The notes under the pieces: model-generated
The model's database searches: none
What the model saw: the letters and a program-made list of their open reading frames with translations, nothing else
Told to the model about the DNA's origin: nothing
Source of the DNA: Paecilomyces variotii
Taxonomy: Eukaryota
NCBI GenBank assembly: GCA_004022145.1
Contig: RCNU01000002.1
DNA: 64,000 nt
Strand: one strand, 5' to 3'
Shown: piece by piece, positions 1 to 13,777 of the stretch
How positions within the stretch are numbered: the first letter of the stretch is position 1
How the letters are laid out: every line of letters starts with the position of its first letter
Translations under genes and position numbers: made by a program

Positions 1-603
1 AGGGAGCTCCAGCTGATGAAGAGAGCACTGCACGTGGGCCCAACTATGCGGAGACCAAGAGGCGCAAGCTGCTAGAGAAGAGCTTTCTGCTTCCCTAGCT
101 TGGTACAGTACAAGGGGAAAAGATAGAGAGATACAACAAGTACAGGGCAACCGCAACTATTGGCGCAGCAGACGCCAGGCACACGAGGTTACCGCGAGCA
201 GAAGCGTCCAGTCCAACGAGACAAGAAGCCAGAGAAAAAGGAAACACACCTAGAACGGGCAGAGCAAGGACCAGATAGATAGGAACACCACTCCCTGAGG
301 ACCAGGATAGGTTGAACGGACCTTGTTCTTTTGGTGGTTGCAACTGCGCTTGAGGTCCGGAGAAGCTCGATCTCCGCGCACCAATCATCGCTTCCGGCTG
401 CAGCACGTTCCAGGCTCACCCGACGGGTTTGGCGCGTCCCCAGTTCGACTAGAGGATTATGGTATGTCTTTAAGGCAATAATAATATTAAAATAAGAGAC
501 GTGGCTTGTAACTCAAGACCCTCCTAGATATTATTATTATTAACTAACCACTGCAGGAATCAATCAATCAATCAGTCGCTATTAATTATTATTAGTTTAC
601 TAC

Positions 604-839
604 TGTCAAGTCCTGCACAGAACAGAAACCCCGCGCTTAACCCATTCCAGCCATTGAGCCAGGATCTCCATGACGCAGGGTCATCAGATCGAGATCCCGG
701 CCGGTGATCAGGTAATTTAGTCAATCTATCTATGTATTTAGCCTGTAGCACAATACGATCAATCAAACCAGTTATTCTGATGATGGAGTTGGTGATAATA
801 ATACATACATACCTTGACAAATTATTCCTTTCTGCTAAG
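604..839. mobile_element. Candidate solo LTR (retrotransposon remnant)
   Basis: 236-bp segment starting TGTCAAG (604) and ending CTTGACA (839): TG...CA termini with a 7-bp terminal inverted repeat, in AT/TpA-rich flanks. No target-site duplication visible. Confidence 0.35.
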
Positions 840-1732
840 CATTCTGCGTCCTGAGATCGATCGTGGTCTTCTCGCTCTCCTGGCATATAATTGACCTAGG
901 GACAGCATCCCCGTCGCACACGAGTTACTATGTAGTATGTACTAGCAAGGATATAATTACACATGTTCTGTATCTAGAGTTCTACTCACACAGAAAAGTG
1001 GATCCTAATAACTTAGGCGGATATAGCGAACTAAAGCTACTATATCAGCCAATACACAAACCTCACCCGTTGCCTACTGATCCAGTTCAGATACAAGACA
1101 AGACTGATCAGAAAAGTGGTAATAATGTATTGTAGTGTACGGATCCCCGTACGGCCTTGGCCTATGCTGCTGCAGACAGATACAAAAGATAATCACCAAG
1201 AAAAAAAATAATAGAAGAGAAGAAGAGAAGATCGAAAGATAGGAAATCTCAACGATGACTGCGCGCCAACCGCCCATTTCACACGTGGGTTAGAGGTCGC
1301 GCACGGATATAGAATCAAGTAGATAAAAACATGACAGAGAAGTAAATCCCTGGAGAAGGAGAAAGGTATAACATCAAAGTCAAACATAATAGTGACACAT
1401 AGCTTTCCGACAATGCACGGGTGGCAGGAAGGACGGGAGATAAGGAGAAGATCGGTGACAGTAGTACTAATAGTCATGCATAGAAGGCAAAGTCCGCAGG
1501 GCACGACGGTGCGGTCTGATCGTACCGCGTTGGCCCGCAAAATTAAAAGGAACTAAATAACAATGCGACCAATTGGGCCGCATTTTTGCCTCGAGACAAC
1601 TGCCGCGGCACCTTTTTTATCGGCAAGATCATGAAATGTCTCCCCTCCAGGAAAAGAGGGAGGGGGAGAGAGAGGGAGAAATGGGTCCGTATAGAAATAT
1701 AAGCGTGAAAGAAGGACAAATCATGGGAATCT

Positions 1733-3061
1733 CTAGAAATTCTGCGCGATACCGGCGTTTCCTTGCTTGGGGAACACGGACGGATTCTCGATCCGCGTGT
1801 TACGCCGAGCCTGGACGTCACGGATCACAGGTGGAGCACCACCATACGGGTTATCCCCGTATGGGCCTTGCTGCCCATTAATGTCATTGTAATACGGGTT
1901 GTCATCGTAGTAGTTGGCAGCTGGAGGCATTCCTGCGAGACGGCTGTCCTCAGAGCCTTCTGAGTGTTGCGCTGCGGAATATGCAGACGAGGCATTCGAG
2001 GGGCCACGGTGAATGTCCGGATTGCGGTTATTGGAAGCAGGAACTGCACCCAGGGCAGCCACAGAGTCATCCGAGTGCGGCCTACCCTCCGAGTACTGGA
2101 TTGTTCCGTCGCTCGGGGTGGCAGCGTGCTGATATCCGGTTCCATTATCACCATCCGACATGGCCATTCCTATACCTGCGCCACTGGAAAGATTCGTGGA
2201 TGCCTTGCGGGCATTAGACGTCGTTCCCCATCCTCGATATCCGGAAGTGTCCTCCTCTCCATAATTGGGAGCCATACCCATGGGAGGCAGACTCGGGTCG
2301 TTGTTGGGATTGAAGCCATATTCTTCTACCTCTTTCCTCCTCTCCTCTTCGGCCTGCTTCCTTGCCTTTCGCTTCCTCCACAGGAAAAGCAGACCTAGGA
2401 TGATCAACGCAACCGAAGCGACCGGTACGACGACTGCCACTGCGATAGTGCCCCCCGGAGAAAGTCCACCCGAATGTTTACCCGAGATTGTCGCTCCCGA
2501 CCCAGTGGAAGACGATCCAGCAGCGGTCCCCGTTGAGGTACCTGTTGCTTGGCCTTGCGTCGGTGATGAAGCGGTCGATGTGATGACAATAGTCGTGGCG
2601 CCACCAGTACCTGCCGTTTGGGTGCTGACGATAGTCGTAACCACCGGTGCAACTGTCGTCGACGGTTCGGTCGAAGTGGTGTGTTGCGAAGAAGTGGTCG
2701 GTTGTTCAGTAGAACTGCTCGAGCTGGAGGACGTAGCCGATGTAGACGTGGACGATGTCGACGTCGCCGACGTCGCCGACGTTGCTGACGTTGTTGACGT
2801 TGGTTCCGTCGTGGATGAAGTCGTCGACGTACTAGACGACGAAGTGTCCGATGTCGTCGTGGGAGAAGTTGCGGCGGTCGGCGTCGTGGCCGCTACAGAG
2901 GCTCGAGTGGCAGCTGGCGACGTCGCTGGGTCGGCTACAGGGCTCGCGGCCGCGACCACGGAACCTGCGATGATATCCTTTAGCAACTGGACGACACTTT
3001 CTTGGAACCATTCTCTGTCTCAAATTCAGGGAGGAGTCCTCATACTTGCGAGACTGGCCAT
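1733..3061 (-). CDS. Single-pass membrane protein with Ser/Thr-rich ectodomain (Mid2/SKG6-type cell-wall sensor-like)
   Basis: Exon 1 3061-3046 (MASLA), GTATGA intron 3045-2965, exon 2 2964-1733. Long S/T tract, TM helix IAVAVVVPVASVALIILGLLFLW followed by RKRKARK, cytoplasmic tail ending GIAQNF. Confidence 0.8.
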
Positions 3062-6000
3062 CTTGAAGGTCAGGAGACAACTCTCCTACTGGGCCTCTGC
3101 TGTATCAGTTCAGCCTCAAAACCTGACGGCCTTCTGTCCGACACACTCCCTCTGTTGGGGATTGTCCAGATCAGGCAGTCAGCGAGTCTGGTGTATTAAT
3201 CCCACGGTGATGCGTGCGAAAAGGAGGAAGATGCAGCGGAACTCTTTTCGGTAGTATCCGAGATCGAAAAACTGCGACTGCCGACGTTCACCCGACGGTG
3301 GTCGATCACATACGTCTCTCTCACGGTCGAATTGGCAAGAGAGGAACGGAGCCGATGTAGGGATATCAGCGTACTGCAAGTCTGACTACCATGGAGAGAG
3401 AGAAGGGAATGAATGGGTGGTAGTCAGATAGCCGATGCGCGCTGCCTCCAAACGCGGTCGCAGTCTGCAGGCGCTGAGATTTGCAGCGTGTGTCACCGAC
3501 TGGTTGAGTTTTGCGGTAGCGCAATAAGTTGGATCGCAAAGCACCAGATGAGATCGTAACCCGGTGAGCTGACGAGCGGGTTGAGTTTCCGTGCGTCCAG
3601 GATAACTAATGTACCGTGAAAAAGGATTGCAAGGCCCCCCGATATTGCCGTTGGACTGGAGATTGGACCAAGTTCGCCTCGCAGTAGCGGCGTGAAGCGA
3701 GAAACCGGGGCCGAAAAGGACCAAAACAAGACCGGCGATTCCGGGCTTTCCCTAGACCGGCACACGCAGACCGATCTTCAGAGCCAATCCGGGGGTGATT
3801 GAACGAGAGAAAAGGAAGAAGGAGTCAATGATATTATTATCAACGAGCAGCAGTCACTTGGCTTCTGGGGGGTAAGAATAACTATTGGGATAGTCACGGC
3901 CAAGCGGGAACTGGAGGAGAGTGACTTTTAAGGGGTCCGGGCGTGGATTTTGGTCTGGGCTGGTGGGATATTATTATATTACTTGTATTATTGCAGTAGT
4001 CATGAACTAGAATCGCTTCTGGGCAGTGCGCCGCGATGGCAAACCATGTGAGAGAACGAGATCGGGGTAACTAATTAATTTACTTTAAGGCTAGCTGGCA
4101 GCCACCGGCATGAGAGACATTCGCAGGGCTGATCAGATTCCAACAATCCGATGCAAGCAAGCAAGCAATATGATGATTTATGATTTTATTTCCCTCTGGC
4201 CTTTTTTCTCAGTGGACGATATTCCAAGGTTTTCCCTCGCTACCAGAGATTTAATTCGAAAAGTGATTCTTCCATCCATTCAACCTTCCCCTAACGCACA
4301 ATAAAATGAGTATGGTATGTACATAATAATAACCACTGCACTATGGTACTTCTGCAACGCACCCACACGGCTGCGACCGAGTCTCTTCGGATGAAAGCGG
4401 CATAGGTTTGAAGAGTCATCACCAGGCACAATCGCATCTCTGAACAGCTGTATTATTATTAGATTAGTAGTAGTATCATACATTTTGCGCTGTTATTGAC
4501 AGCAACTGTCTGTTTGCGGAAATCCTCTGTAAACTTTCCAGCGTGTCCAAGGAACAGCAACTCCCAATCCAACTGTCCGGGAACAACACATAGCCGGCCC
4601 CGGCGCCCCATGGATACTTAAGTACAGTAGTATGTACATACGAACATAACTTACTTCCAAGTTTATGAATTACTACTACAGTACCAACTATCTTTCAAAC
4701 AAAAACAACAAACAATAATAACCACATAAACCACACAATACTCATAAATCAATAACACAACAGAGGAATCATAATAATAATAATAACAAAATAACAACGG
4801 AACTTCTCCGGAACGCGTCCTTGGAACCCAACTTCAACTGCCCGATCGGGTCAAACGGCGGCTTTCCCGCAGTGCCAAACTTCGCACTTGTTTCTGTTCT
4901 TACCGCGTTTGATCGGATATATCTCATTCCCATGGTTATTAGTACCACCCTCTTTTTCTTTTCCACGCACACCCATTTTCTTATTTGTTTCCCATTCCAA
5001 CTTGTTCCACCGTTTGAGGGAGAGGAAAAGGAAATGATACGAAACTGCAAAACGGAAAAGAACTAGAAAAACTTTAACAAATTAGACTCTACCTCTTATC
5101 CAGTCAGATAGACCCCGTAACTACTCCAGGACCAAAACAGACAACACATAAAGAGAGCACGTATCCATTCGCAGTCCGTTCCAGTCTGCTTATCTTTTCT
5201 TTAACTAGGAACGAACACCCACAGAAAGAATACCACATAATATGTAACAAGACCAAACGACAGCAATTGGGAGCCAGCGCTCCGCCCACACGCAATGACG
5301 GTTGACCCGCCTTATTCTCGGCCAGTTATACTATAATTGAAATAGTTAGTTCGTGCAGTAGTGGTACAGTAGTCAGTCGGATCCGGATCCGCCACCAGGA
5401 ACCGGCTTGTTAAGTTACAACTTATGGTAACTAACTTACTCCCCTCTCTTTCATCCGGAGGAGATAACAGACCGACAAGAACAATCTAAAAGAACGCGAG
5501 GTAAGAATGCAATTGACTACCATGTTAAATGCATGACAACGATAGGAACAGACCTGTTGACCTGGGGTAATAATAATAATGAATTACCCGAGCGCCAACT
5601 AGGTTCTAAGTTACTACTAACTAACTACTTGATACTCGAACCAGGCACACGTACAACTTACGAAAAAAGTTTCTAATAATAGCCTGGTACACCCAACTTC
5701 CGGGACCCAACGAGCCAAGTCAATTCGAGAATAATAATAATATTTATAAATTATTCTGCGCATCATCTTGCAGATTCTAATCATCATAATGAAATAATAA
5801 TAATATGGCAAAATAATACATACAGACGAGAAATACGACCACAAAAAAAAAATCCCCAATAGAGGCAAGTTCAGGAGGTTCGCTACCTAGCCGATCTGCA
5901 AAGCAAGTCTGGACGCCGCCGTTGACGAGCTTTCGATAGTTTTCCTCGCGCGTCTTCCTTGCTTTGCCTCGTGGCACATCACGCTAGGTAAGTGTCGTAC

Positions 6001-6812
6001 TCTCTCCTCTACTCGGCGTATATCACGGCGTACTCGTAACGTTGGCGGTGGGACGGCTTCGGATCACTACTACGTACTACAGTCATACATATCAGCCCTC
6101 GACTGGCCAACGGTTTCTTTGCCCGCCGGGGTGCCATGTTGGCAAATCCCCGCTCTCGATTGATACGTCATATCGCTTGCAACCTAGTGTAGATTCTTAG
6201 AAAGTAGTCGTGCTAAACGATACGATGTACGGAGTACGTATTATACATCTACAGTAAAAGCGTGTCAGAACTACCGCTTCTCGAAACAGCCCCATTGATT
6301 CAGAGTTCTTGAAAGATTCCAAGCACGTTGAATAAGAGCACCCTATCAGCCTACACTAGCCACTTCAAGAATTACACACAATCAAGTTAGATCGCTTGCA
6401 GAGAACGCACACCAGAAGCCCATCCCCCGGGCTTAAAATCCCCCTAGTCAAGCGGCGCGTGCAGAGCAGTCTAAAGAAAAGGAGGTTTGGTTTTAAAGAA
6501 GAAGTAGGATGAGATAGATAGATGATGGAAAGGGCCTCCCAGGAAGAAATAATGGAAGTCCCTATAAATATATAGAGATATATGTGGCAGGAAGGGAAAT
6601 GCAATCGAGATGAGAAACAAGTCTATGTACGCCTAGGCCATCAAAGATAATGGAAAAAAGAGAAATCGCACCAATACCCACAGTGAAACCCCAGTTGTAT
6701 GTCAGGGAAAGATGGAGCAAGCAGGTCATGACTTGACTTCAGGAAGACACTGAAGACATCATTAGAGAACTGTCAGAAACCAGGATCAGACGAGATATCA
6801 GTGTTCCGTTGT

Positions 6813-9035
6813 TCAGGGGTTATTCATATCCCACTTGGGGCGCAGGCTGGTCGCAAGGTCATCCATCGTGCCAACGGTGTCGGCTGGAAGGCGGCTGACA
6901 CGGTACGCACCCATACGGATGTTATTCGCATGAGTAGTGGAGATTCCGGTCCGGTTGCTGCGAATGCTTCCAGCGTCACTCCCCGTGTCCTGGTTCTTGA
7001 AACGTGGCGGGGGTGCAAAGTCGAGAGCCGTAAATGTTCCTGACTTCCGCAGGGCGTGTGGGCTAGGCATAGCAATAAGATCGTCGAAGGAAGAAACCAG
7101 CGGGGTATGGGCCCTGACTCCTGGGGAGTACGGCCGGAGCCCGCCCATTGGGCTCTCCGGTCGACCTTCTTGTCGATCCTTGAACGTCTGGGGCGGTGCA
7201 AAATCAATGGGGAGGATCATCGAGTCGTCCGTCAATGCGTGTGGAGTGGGCAGAACATGGAGAGGCTCTGGCGGAGGACGCGGCTTCCGCGGTCCTCGGG
7301 GCGGTCCCGGAATCCTTCCAGAAGCTGAAGAGAACGCGCGCGGTCCCGGAGGCATGAAACCACTGCCCGAACCTGTAGGCATATGTCTGGCACCGCCTTG
7401 GAATCGCGGAGGCGCGCGAGGCGGCGGCGTCATAGCCCGGCGACTGACAGGCTCCGCCCATGGTCGTGGGGGTCCTGTCAGGATGTCGCCAGTGGCCGGG
7501 TCGTAGACGGCGGCATCTCCATAGAATTCGGGGCCAAACGGTTCAGAGTAGGCTCCCTCTGGTCCCTGCTTGTTGTCGTCAAAGTATTCCTTGTAGAAGG
7601 ATCGGATTCGGTTGGCACGCTGTTCAGGGTTGTCTGATGGGTCCTCAGGGGGCAGAGGCCGGACGCCCAGGGTCAGCCGACGAGTGTCATAGGTGTATTC
7701 CGCAGGAGCCAGCTCTGACGCTGGCTCATGATGATCGCTGGCATCCTTCTTCTGCTGCTGCTGCATGCCCTCTTCCTCTTCCGCGGCCATAACATTCACA
7801 GCAGGAATGTCCGAATCAAACTTGGGCATATCACCATAATCACTGGCGGCATCACTGAAGGGGAGAGAGATTCTTGGAGGTTGATGTTGCACGGATTCGG
7901 ACGGTGCAGAGGAATCAGATACCATCTGCGCAGAAAAGCTCTCGACTGAGAAGGGTGACTTCAGTTCTGGCGATGACTCCCGATGTGCGACTTCTTCAAC
8001 GACTTGTTCAGTGACTACTTCAGCCTCAGCCGAATGAACGGTTGTGGACACGGCCTGTCCGGGGAGGTCCGAAGATTCTGCATGAGTGGCCTCGCGGGGG
8101 TAATCGTTGCTCTCGTCATGCTGTGTGCTGGTGTTCTGAATAGGCATCTGCTGAGGCATAAAGGCCATCGATGGCAAACGAGGCTCCCTGCTAGGCTCCT
8201 CCGAGTTGAGATGGTTTGCAGCATCATTGTGCCTTGGTATACGCGGCGGGGACGATTGTGACATCCGCTGAGCATTCATCAGGAGATTTTGGTTCATATC
8301 ATCCCCTCCAAGCCTACTGGCACCTCCCACGCTAGAAGCATCATCCTTGCCAAAGTGCGAATACGATCTCACAGAAGCATTGTCACCCAGGAATGATGTT
8401 GCATGTCGGTACTTGTCATCGTCAATGCTAATAGACCTCGAAAGAGATCGAAGGGATTCTCGAGAGCCATGCAGGCCTGGTGGCAGAAGATAGGGGCTTG
8501 TCATCATGTCCAGTGACATTCCCTTGCCACCTTTACGATCCGACTTCTCAGCCTGTGACATTTCGGCTCCTCCAGACTTTCCGGGTGTTGTTCCTGCACC
8601 TGACTCCACCGCATCCATGCCGAAATCAAGCGACTTGTGCTTGTCATTTGCATCTTCATTGCGCAGCTTCTTAATGTGTCGTCTGTGTAAGAAGAACAAG
8701 ACGATCATGGCACAGACGATGGGGATTCTGTAGATCAATTAGCCTCGACTGAACTATGATATTTGAGATGGAACATACACAGCACCCAGCACAACGGGTA
8801 GTGTAGCAGTGTCTACACTACTGGTCGGCTTCTCGCATGCTGCTGAATTGTCATTCGGCCCACAGGAGTGATATGACCCTGAACTTGTGGTTGCAGCAGG
8901 AGCCCTCTTCACCAGAGTCGGGCTGTCCGATACTGATATGAAGGGCAGGCGTTCTTCAGGGATGCGGTGTGGGCGGAGTTGCGGAACACGTTTTCCCAGA
9001 TGGACGCCATGGCGGAGTGAGTGTGGATGAGGCAT
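6813..9035 (-). CDS. Single-pass membrane protein, Skg6/Tos2-like, with long Pro-rich cytoplasmic tail
   Basis: Exon 1 9035-8779, intron 8778-8728 (GTATGT...CAG), exon 2 8727-6813. TM LPVVLGAVIPIVCAMIVLFFL then HRRHIKK. The RIRSFYKEYF motif resembles the Skg6/Tos2 family (recalled, not searched). Confidence 0.7.
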
Positions 9036-10699
9036 GTTGCCTTGTTGCTATCTCTGTCCGGACCAGATGGTCACCTCTCGGATAGCTATTGAGGTCCGCC
9101 GGGCCAACTCACAACCAAAAGAAAAAAGGAAAGACGCGAGAAGCACCAGAATGGGCCTCCAAACGAGTACGATTAGATTAGGGTTTCCTCCACGCAGATA
9201 TCAGACCGGAAGCGGTAAAATTGATGCCCAAATCATTAGAACGATAACGGCGATTTGTAGATACGATTGATTTGATTATAAACGATTGGCGTGACAAACG
9301 TAACCACACAGACGTCGAAGATTCGCTCAGGAAAAGAATGACAGGTGTAGCAGTAGCAATTACTGCAAAAAAAGGAGTGTCTGGGACAATAGAAGTCCCG
9401 GTAAAGAACGTCGGCTCACGGCCAGGTGGAAGCAGGACAGAGGATGAAGATGAGAAAGCTGCCCTGAGGAACCGTACAGTGAAAGAAGGAGAAGGAAGAG
9501 AAGGAGAGGGTCGGGAAAAGGCCGGGGCGAGAGCAGTCCAGAGGGCCTGTTGTATCCTTACTCTTCTGAGCGTGTGCGGAGCCTATGGAGGCAGTTCCAC
9601 GCCGTATCTAACTCGAATCGATACCTTGAATCCAGGATCGAGACGGGAGTCTTCGCGCGGTGGAGGCGTGGAGATAGGGAGGTGAAGTCGCCAGAGCCAG
9701 TGGCCGTGGCCAGCGAGCCTGACGGGCCCTGCTAGCTGGGATAGACGGGGCGTCCATGTCTCCAGGAGTCCAGAAGTAGTCTGACGCCTGCTTGCTCCTG
9801 AACTGTTTAGAAGGTGAGATCGCAACTTTGGGGCTGCGCCGGAGCGTGTTAGCGTCAGGAACGCCTCCATCGGCGGCCAGTTATCGCCCGATATTGCAGC
9901 CGATCCCTCTCGCTCCCTCCACTGAACCACCAGGGATGGTTGAGGCTATCGACCCGTCACCTACACACTAAGTCTCCTAGCAGCCCGTCGAAACGTCAGG
10001 AAAAGGGACTGTCCCTTCGCAAGTTCACGCTCTCCGACACTGGCGAGAACCCTCAAGGCTCCCAAGCCTCAAGCCTCAAGCCACCGCCGTCCGAGTTGCC
10101 GATTTTCTCTGCGCTCCAGGTGCGCTCGGACTGGAAGGGGAAGCGTCTCAATTTCTCCAGCTTCCCCTGAGGGGAAATGAGTGCAGTGCGTATGTGAAAT
10201 TGGGAATAGAAACATACAGCTAAACATCTATCGAGCATGCAGATTCAGAGAGTTATCATGCAATTGTACGCAACGTCAATCCTCTGATGGCGACCTCGTC
10301 ACAACGAAGCTTAAATATCGAAAATCGATGCGTCGCAATCGTATTTGCCTCAGTTGTCATTATTGTCATCGCCTGAGGTTTGAAACTTCGATTCGCTCTC
10401 ATTAACAATTTGACAGTAGATAATATGTTTTACAGAAATAACTAGATAGTGGTTCCTATAATAATGCTGTTAGAGAATCAAGGGGCGGAAGGGATCCATG
10501 GATAATAATACTGTAATAATAATAATGTGCATCCGTTCAGACCTTCCCAATATAGGATATAGGATTATTCTAATATTATTGCATGGATGCACTAACTCTG
10601 CCCCGCAATTGTGTTCAGTTTTCGCATTAAGTGTGTAAACCTGTCTCAATTCTCTTTTCCATTTAACGTCGCCGCTCTATAGCAGCAATTGGTACAATG

Positions 10700-12270
10700 C
10701 ACGATACTCGTGGCTTATCCTAAAGTTATTTTCTTCACAATTCATACTCTAGAGTACTATCAGGGGGTTCTTGAGTCTTGTCACCGCATATGCTAAGATC
10801 CCCAACATTTGCTCGCAGGTTATCTAACCAACTACAACCACCCGGCCGTCTCACTGGACATTGATGAAGGGGTTGTACCATTTCTGATCCTGTGTTAAGC
10901 ATTGATTAAATAATATCGTCCCGAAGATATCTTCTCTCCTTATGCATCTATAAATATCAAACTTCTATTTCCCCACAATAGTCTGCTAGGCTTCTCCCGG
11001 TGCGGTATGTATAACGCGGTCACGATCAACTGCTGTAGTTCCCCTTCCGGTCCACTAAGGGCTATTATTGATCTCTGTCTAGAAGGCCTCTAGGTATATC
11101 GAGACTTTCTAAAATAAAAAGATTCGCTACTAGCCGGCAAGAACTCCATCAGACTTCACATAAGACCTATAGATATCGAGTGTTCCGTCTTATGACTATT
11201 CAGTTTTGTTTCTGCAAAGAACTCGACGTGCTATATACTCAAAATTCAAATATCCTGCATATATTGTACATTTAGATATCTGGCCAGTATTATGAAATGT
11301 CGGAGCCTGCCTACAGGCAGATCTCCTGTCGGGTTTCTCCTACGCCTTTCTAGCTCCACCCATAAAGATATATATAGGCTGGGCTAGTTCCCAGAGAATT
11401 CAAACTCAGCGAGCTTCGCTCCAGATAGAATTAACGGGATTTTGCAGCTTCGAGGTCTTTCTTCCTTTTTCCTGTTCAGGTTTTAATCAGCCGTTAACAT
11501 TTACCGAATTTACGACCGCAAAGAAACTATTATATAGACAGTGTAAAGAGCTAAAAAGGATCGAGCTCTTTATAACAACTAGAAGGACTGGTTGCGGAAA
11601 CAGAGAATGAACTTGAACGCCCAGACGCAGTCGAGTTAAAGGCTACACGCAGGTAAAACCAAAGATATAGCGAAGTAAGGAACAGAACTAATCGCTGATC
11701 CGTCTAACTAGTATTCTCAAGGGGGGTTGATCTATTCTATCTTATCCTCTGCGGGGTCAGTAAGATAAGATCTAATACGCTCTTTCAGCCTAGCTAGTTA
11801 TTGCTATTTTATAACTAGATCTAGAACTGTTGTTTATTTACCCCGCTTATAGTCTAGACTGAGCTCTAATATCACGGTTTCGTCCCGTGATATCGAACTT
11901 AATCCGCTTGTCTAATTCTGTAATATAACAGATGCCAAGAATAGGCTATAAACCAATAGTATTACGAATTCAAACTAGAGACTTCTCCTGGATATAATTC
12001 TTAAGACTTGCAATAGTTATAGAATTCTCCGGTTACTAAGATAAACCAAGCACAGTACGTAGTACTCACAGTCTAGATAGTTAAATAAACTATAACTATC
12101 AAACTAAGATATTTGCCATCAATTTGGAGATTAAGGACGATGTCAGGGTAGACCTCAAACGAACGCTCCTGGGCCTATATATGACCGTGAAAAGGATAGG
12201 ATGTACGGATAGGAGACAAAAAGCACGCTCCAATAACAGGCCGATATGGCCGCTAGCTAGATAATAGCCC
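10700..12270. other. RIP-like degenerate, TpA-rich region
   Basis: No ORF of 60 aa or more in the track over about 2 kb; visibly rich in TA/TAG/CTA, as expected after repeat-induced point mutation. Confidence 0.55.
11560..12212 (+). pseudogene. RIP-mutated gene relic (unknown product)
   Basis: Frame from 11712 reads about 165 codons interrupted only by TAA/TAG. The upstream segment QLEGLVAETENELERPDAVELKATRR is followed by a possible very short GTAAGG...CTAACTAG intron (11675-11711). Confidence 0.4.
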
Positions 12271-12572
12271 AAGCAAGCTTCTCACCGCTTTAGATCAACA
12301 CCTCTCAACATGCCTGCCCCTGACCCCGGTATAAGATCATCATGTGGAGTTTACAATAACTAATGACGTTGATTATGGGTTGCTGGCCAACGTACTTCTT
12401 TCTAGTGGGGTGTTTTTGAGCTCATCATGTTCTTGAGCGCGTCCGGAACGCGTTATATTCCGCCCGCTCTCATGATTTATCTGTCGCGTCCCCTATCGAG
12501 TCGTCGTCGACGGACCTACAACCATTGTACTCACTCACTTTATTCTCAAGTGCCTACGGAAAACCTAACAAC

Positions 12573-13777
12573 ATGCCCCCTAAGAGAAAGGCCGCTGACG
12601 CGGCCGCTGGAAGCGCGTCTAAAAAGTCCAAAGCTAGTAGCACCGATAATACGCCCGAGAAGCCCCCAGTGCCTCGCAGCAAGCGATGGTCCAAGGGCCT
12701 TTCCGGCTCTGCAAACGCTGACACGGAATACCGTAAGAAGATGATGCACGATCCCGCCGGTGCTTGGGAGTTTGTCTGTCGGTGCCGACCAGTTGTTGGA
12801 TCCGATGATGATAACGAGGACGAGGACGAGGACGACGAGGACGACGAGGACGACGAGGACGAGGATGATGATGAGGGTGATGGACGCCCTTCTTGCGACC
12901 GCGGCAAGACTTGTCTTTGCAGAAAGTCCAGCAAAGACCACCCTGACCACCCTTACACCTACTCCCTCGGAGGCATACAGAAGTTCAACACGATTGCCAC
13001 TATGTGCTCTTTGCGTGACCCGGACTTGTTCGGCATGTACATCTATAACGACTTCGCAGGGTATGGGCTCCTGGAGATGGTTGGGAACCTGCTGCTCGAT
13101 TTCGAGGAGGCCAAGGATGATTGGAAACAACAGTGGTATATCTGCGAGGCTACGACTCTGTTCTTCCATAAATACAACCCTATGCCATTATTCATGTAGG
13201 TTTTATCGACCTTTTTTTTTTCTCCCACTACTGCTGCATCATTACCCCTCTAATATTCGATGAATCAACCAGGATCGATGACAGCGAAGGCTTGGATATG
13301 TTCCTTCACTGTGTCCGAACGATGTTTCTGACGATGATGGCAACTCTCGAGCGTAACGATCTCCTGAAACCGGGCTCCGAGATCAAAAACCTCGGAATGG
13401 TAATGGGGCTAGCCATTCGTCTTGATTCATACGCCCAGGACATGGATAGCTTTGAGGATCTCCCCAAGTATCTGTATGCGTATGCCGCAAAGCACAACAT
13501 TGTCCTTCACGATGTACCCAAAGACGATGAGCCGGAACCAGTGCCAGCGACTGGTAAGGGCTCTCTGCCCGATCCCAGGGCCAAAAAGAATAATCCGTGG
13601 GGCTTTGCAGCGGAGCTAAAAAAGCTTGCGAAGGAGCAAAATGTTGGTGGCGACGAGTACGATATTACCACCATGTCTGCTGCTGAACGCAAAAACGCCA
13701 GCTTCACCAAGAAGGATCCACTGGGTGCGGAGGAGATCAAGGCACTGAAGGAAGGCTTGGTCATGCAGTTGGCCTAG
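12573..13777 (+). CDS. Fungal hypothetical protein with basic N-terminus, Cys/His cluster and acidic tract
   Basis: ATG 12573 (MPPKRKAA), intron 13196-13272 (GTAGG...CAG) joins the two track ORFs in frame, stop 13777. Confidence 0.85.
12803..12881 (+). repeat. Coding (GAC/GAG/GAT)n repeat encoding an Asp/Glu tract
   Basis: gatgatgataacgaggacgaggacgaggacgacgaggacgacgag... encodes DDDNEDEDEDDEDDEDDEDEDDDE. Confidence 0.9.

Noticed and set aside
3-98. Possible 3' end of a gene entering the window (…KRRKLLEKSFLLP*)
   Set aside because: Too short and lacks any recognisable motif; cannot be supported.
2265-3254. 329-aa plus-strand ORF rich in Val/Asp
   Set aside because: Antisense shadow of the Ser/Thr-rich codons of the minus-strand membrane protein.
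11869-11893. 9-bp-stem hairpin as a Helitron 3' end
   Set aside because: No correctly placed CTRR-T terminus and no Rep/helicase remnant recognised.
12546-13263. Overlapping ORFs with poly-Ser, Val/Leu or Arg/Thr runs
   Set aside because: Alternative-frame readings of the GAC/GAG repeat.
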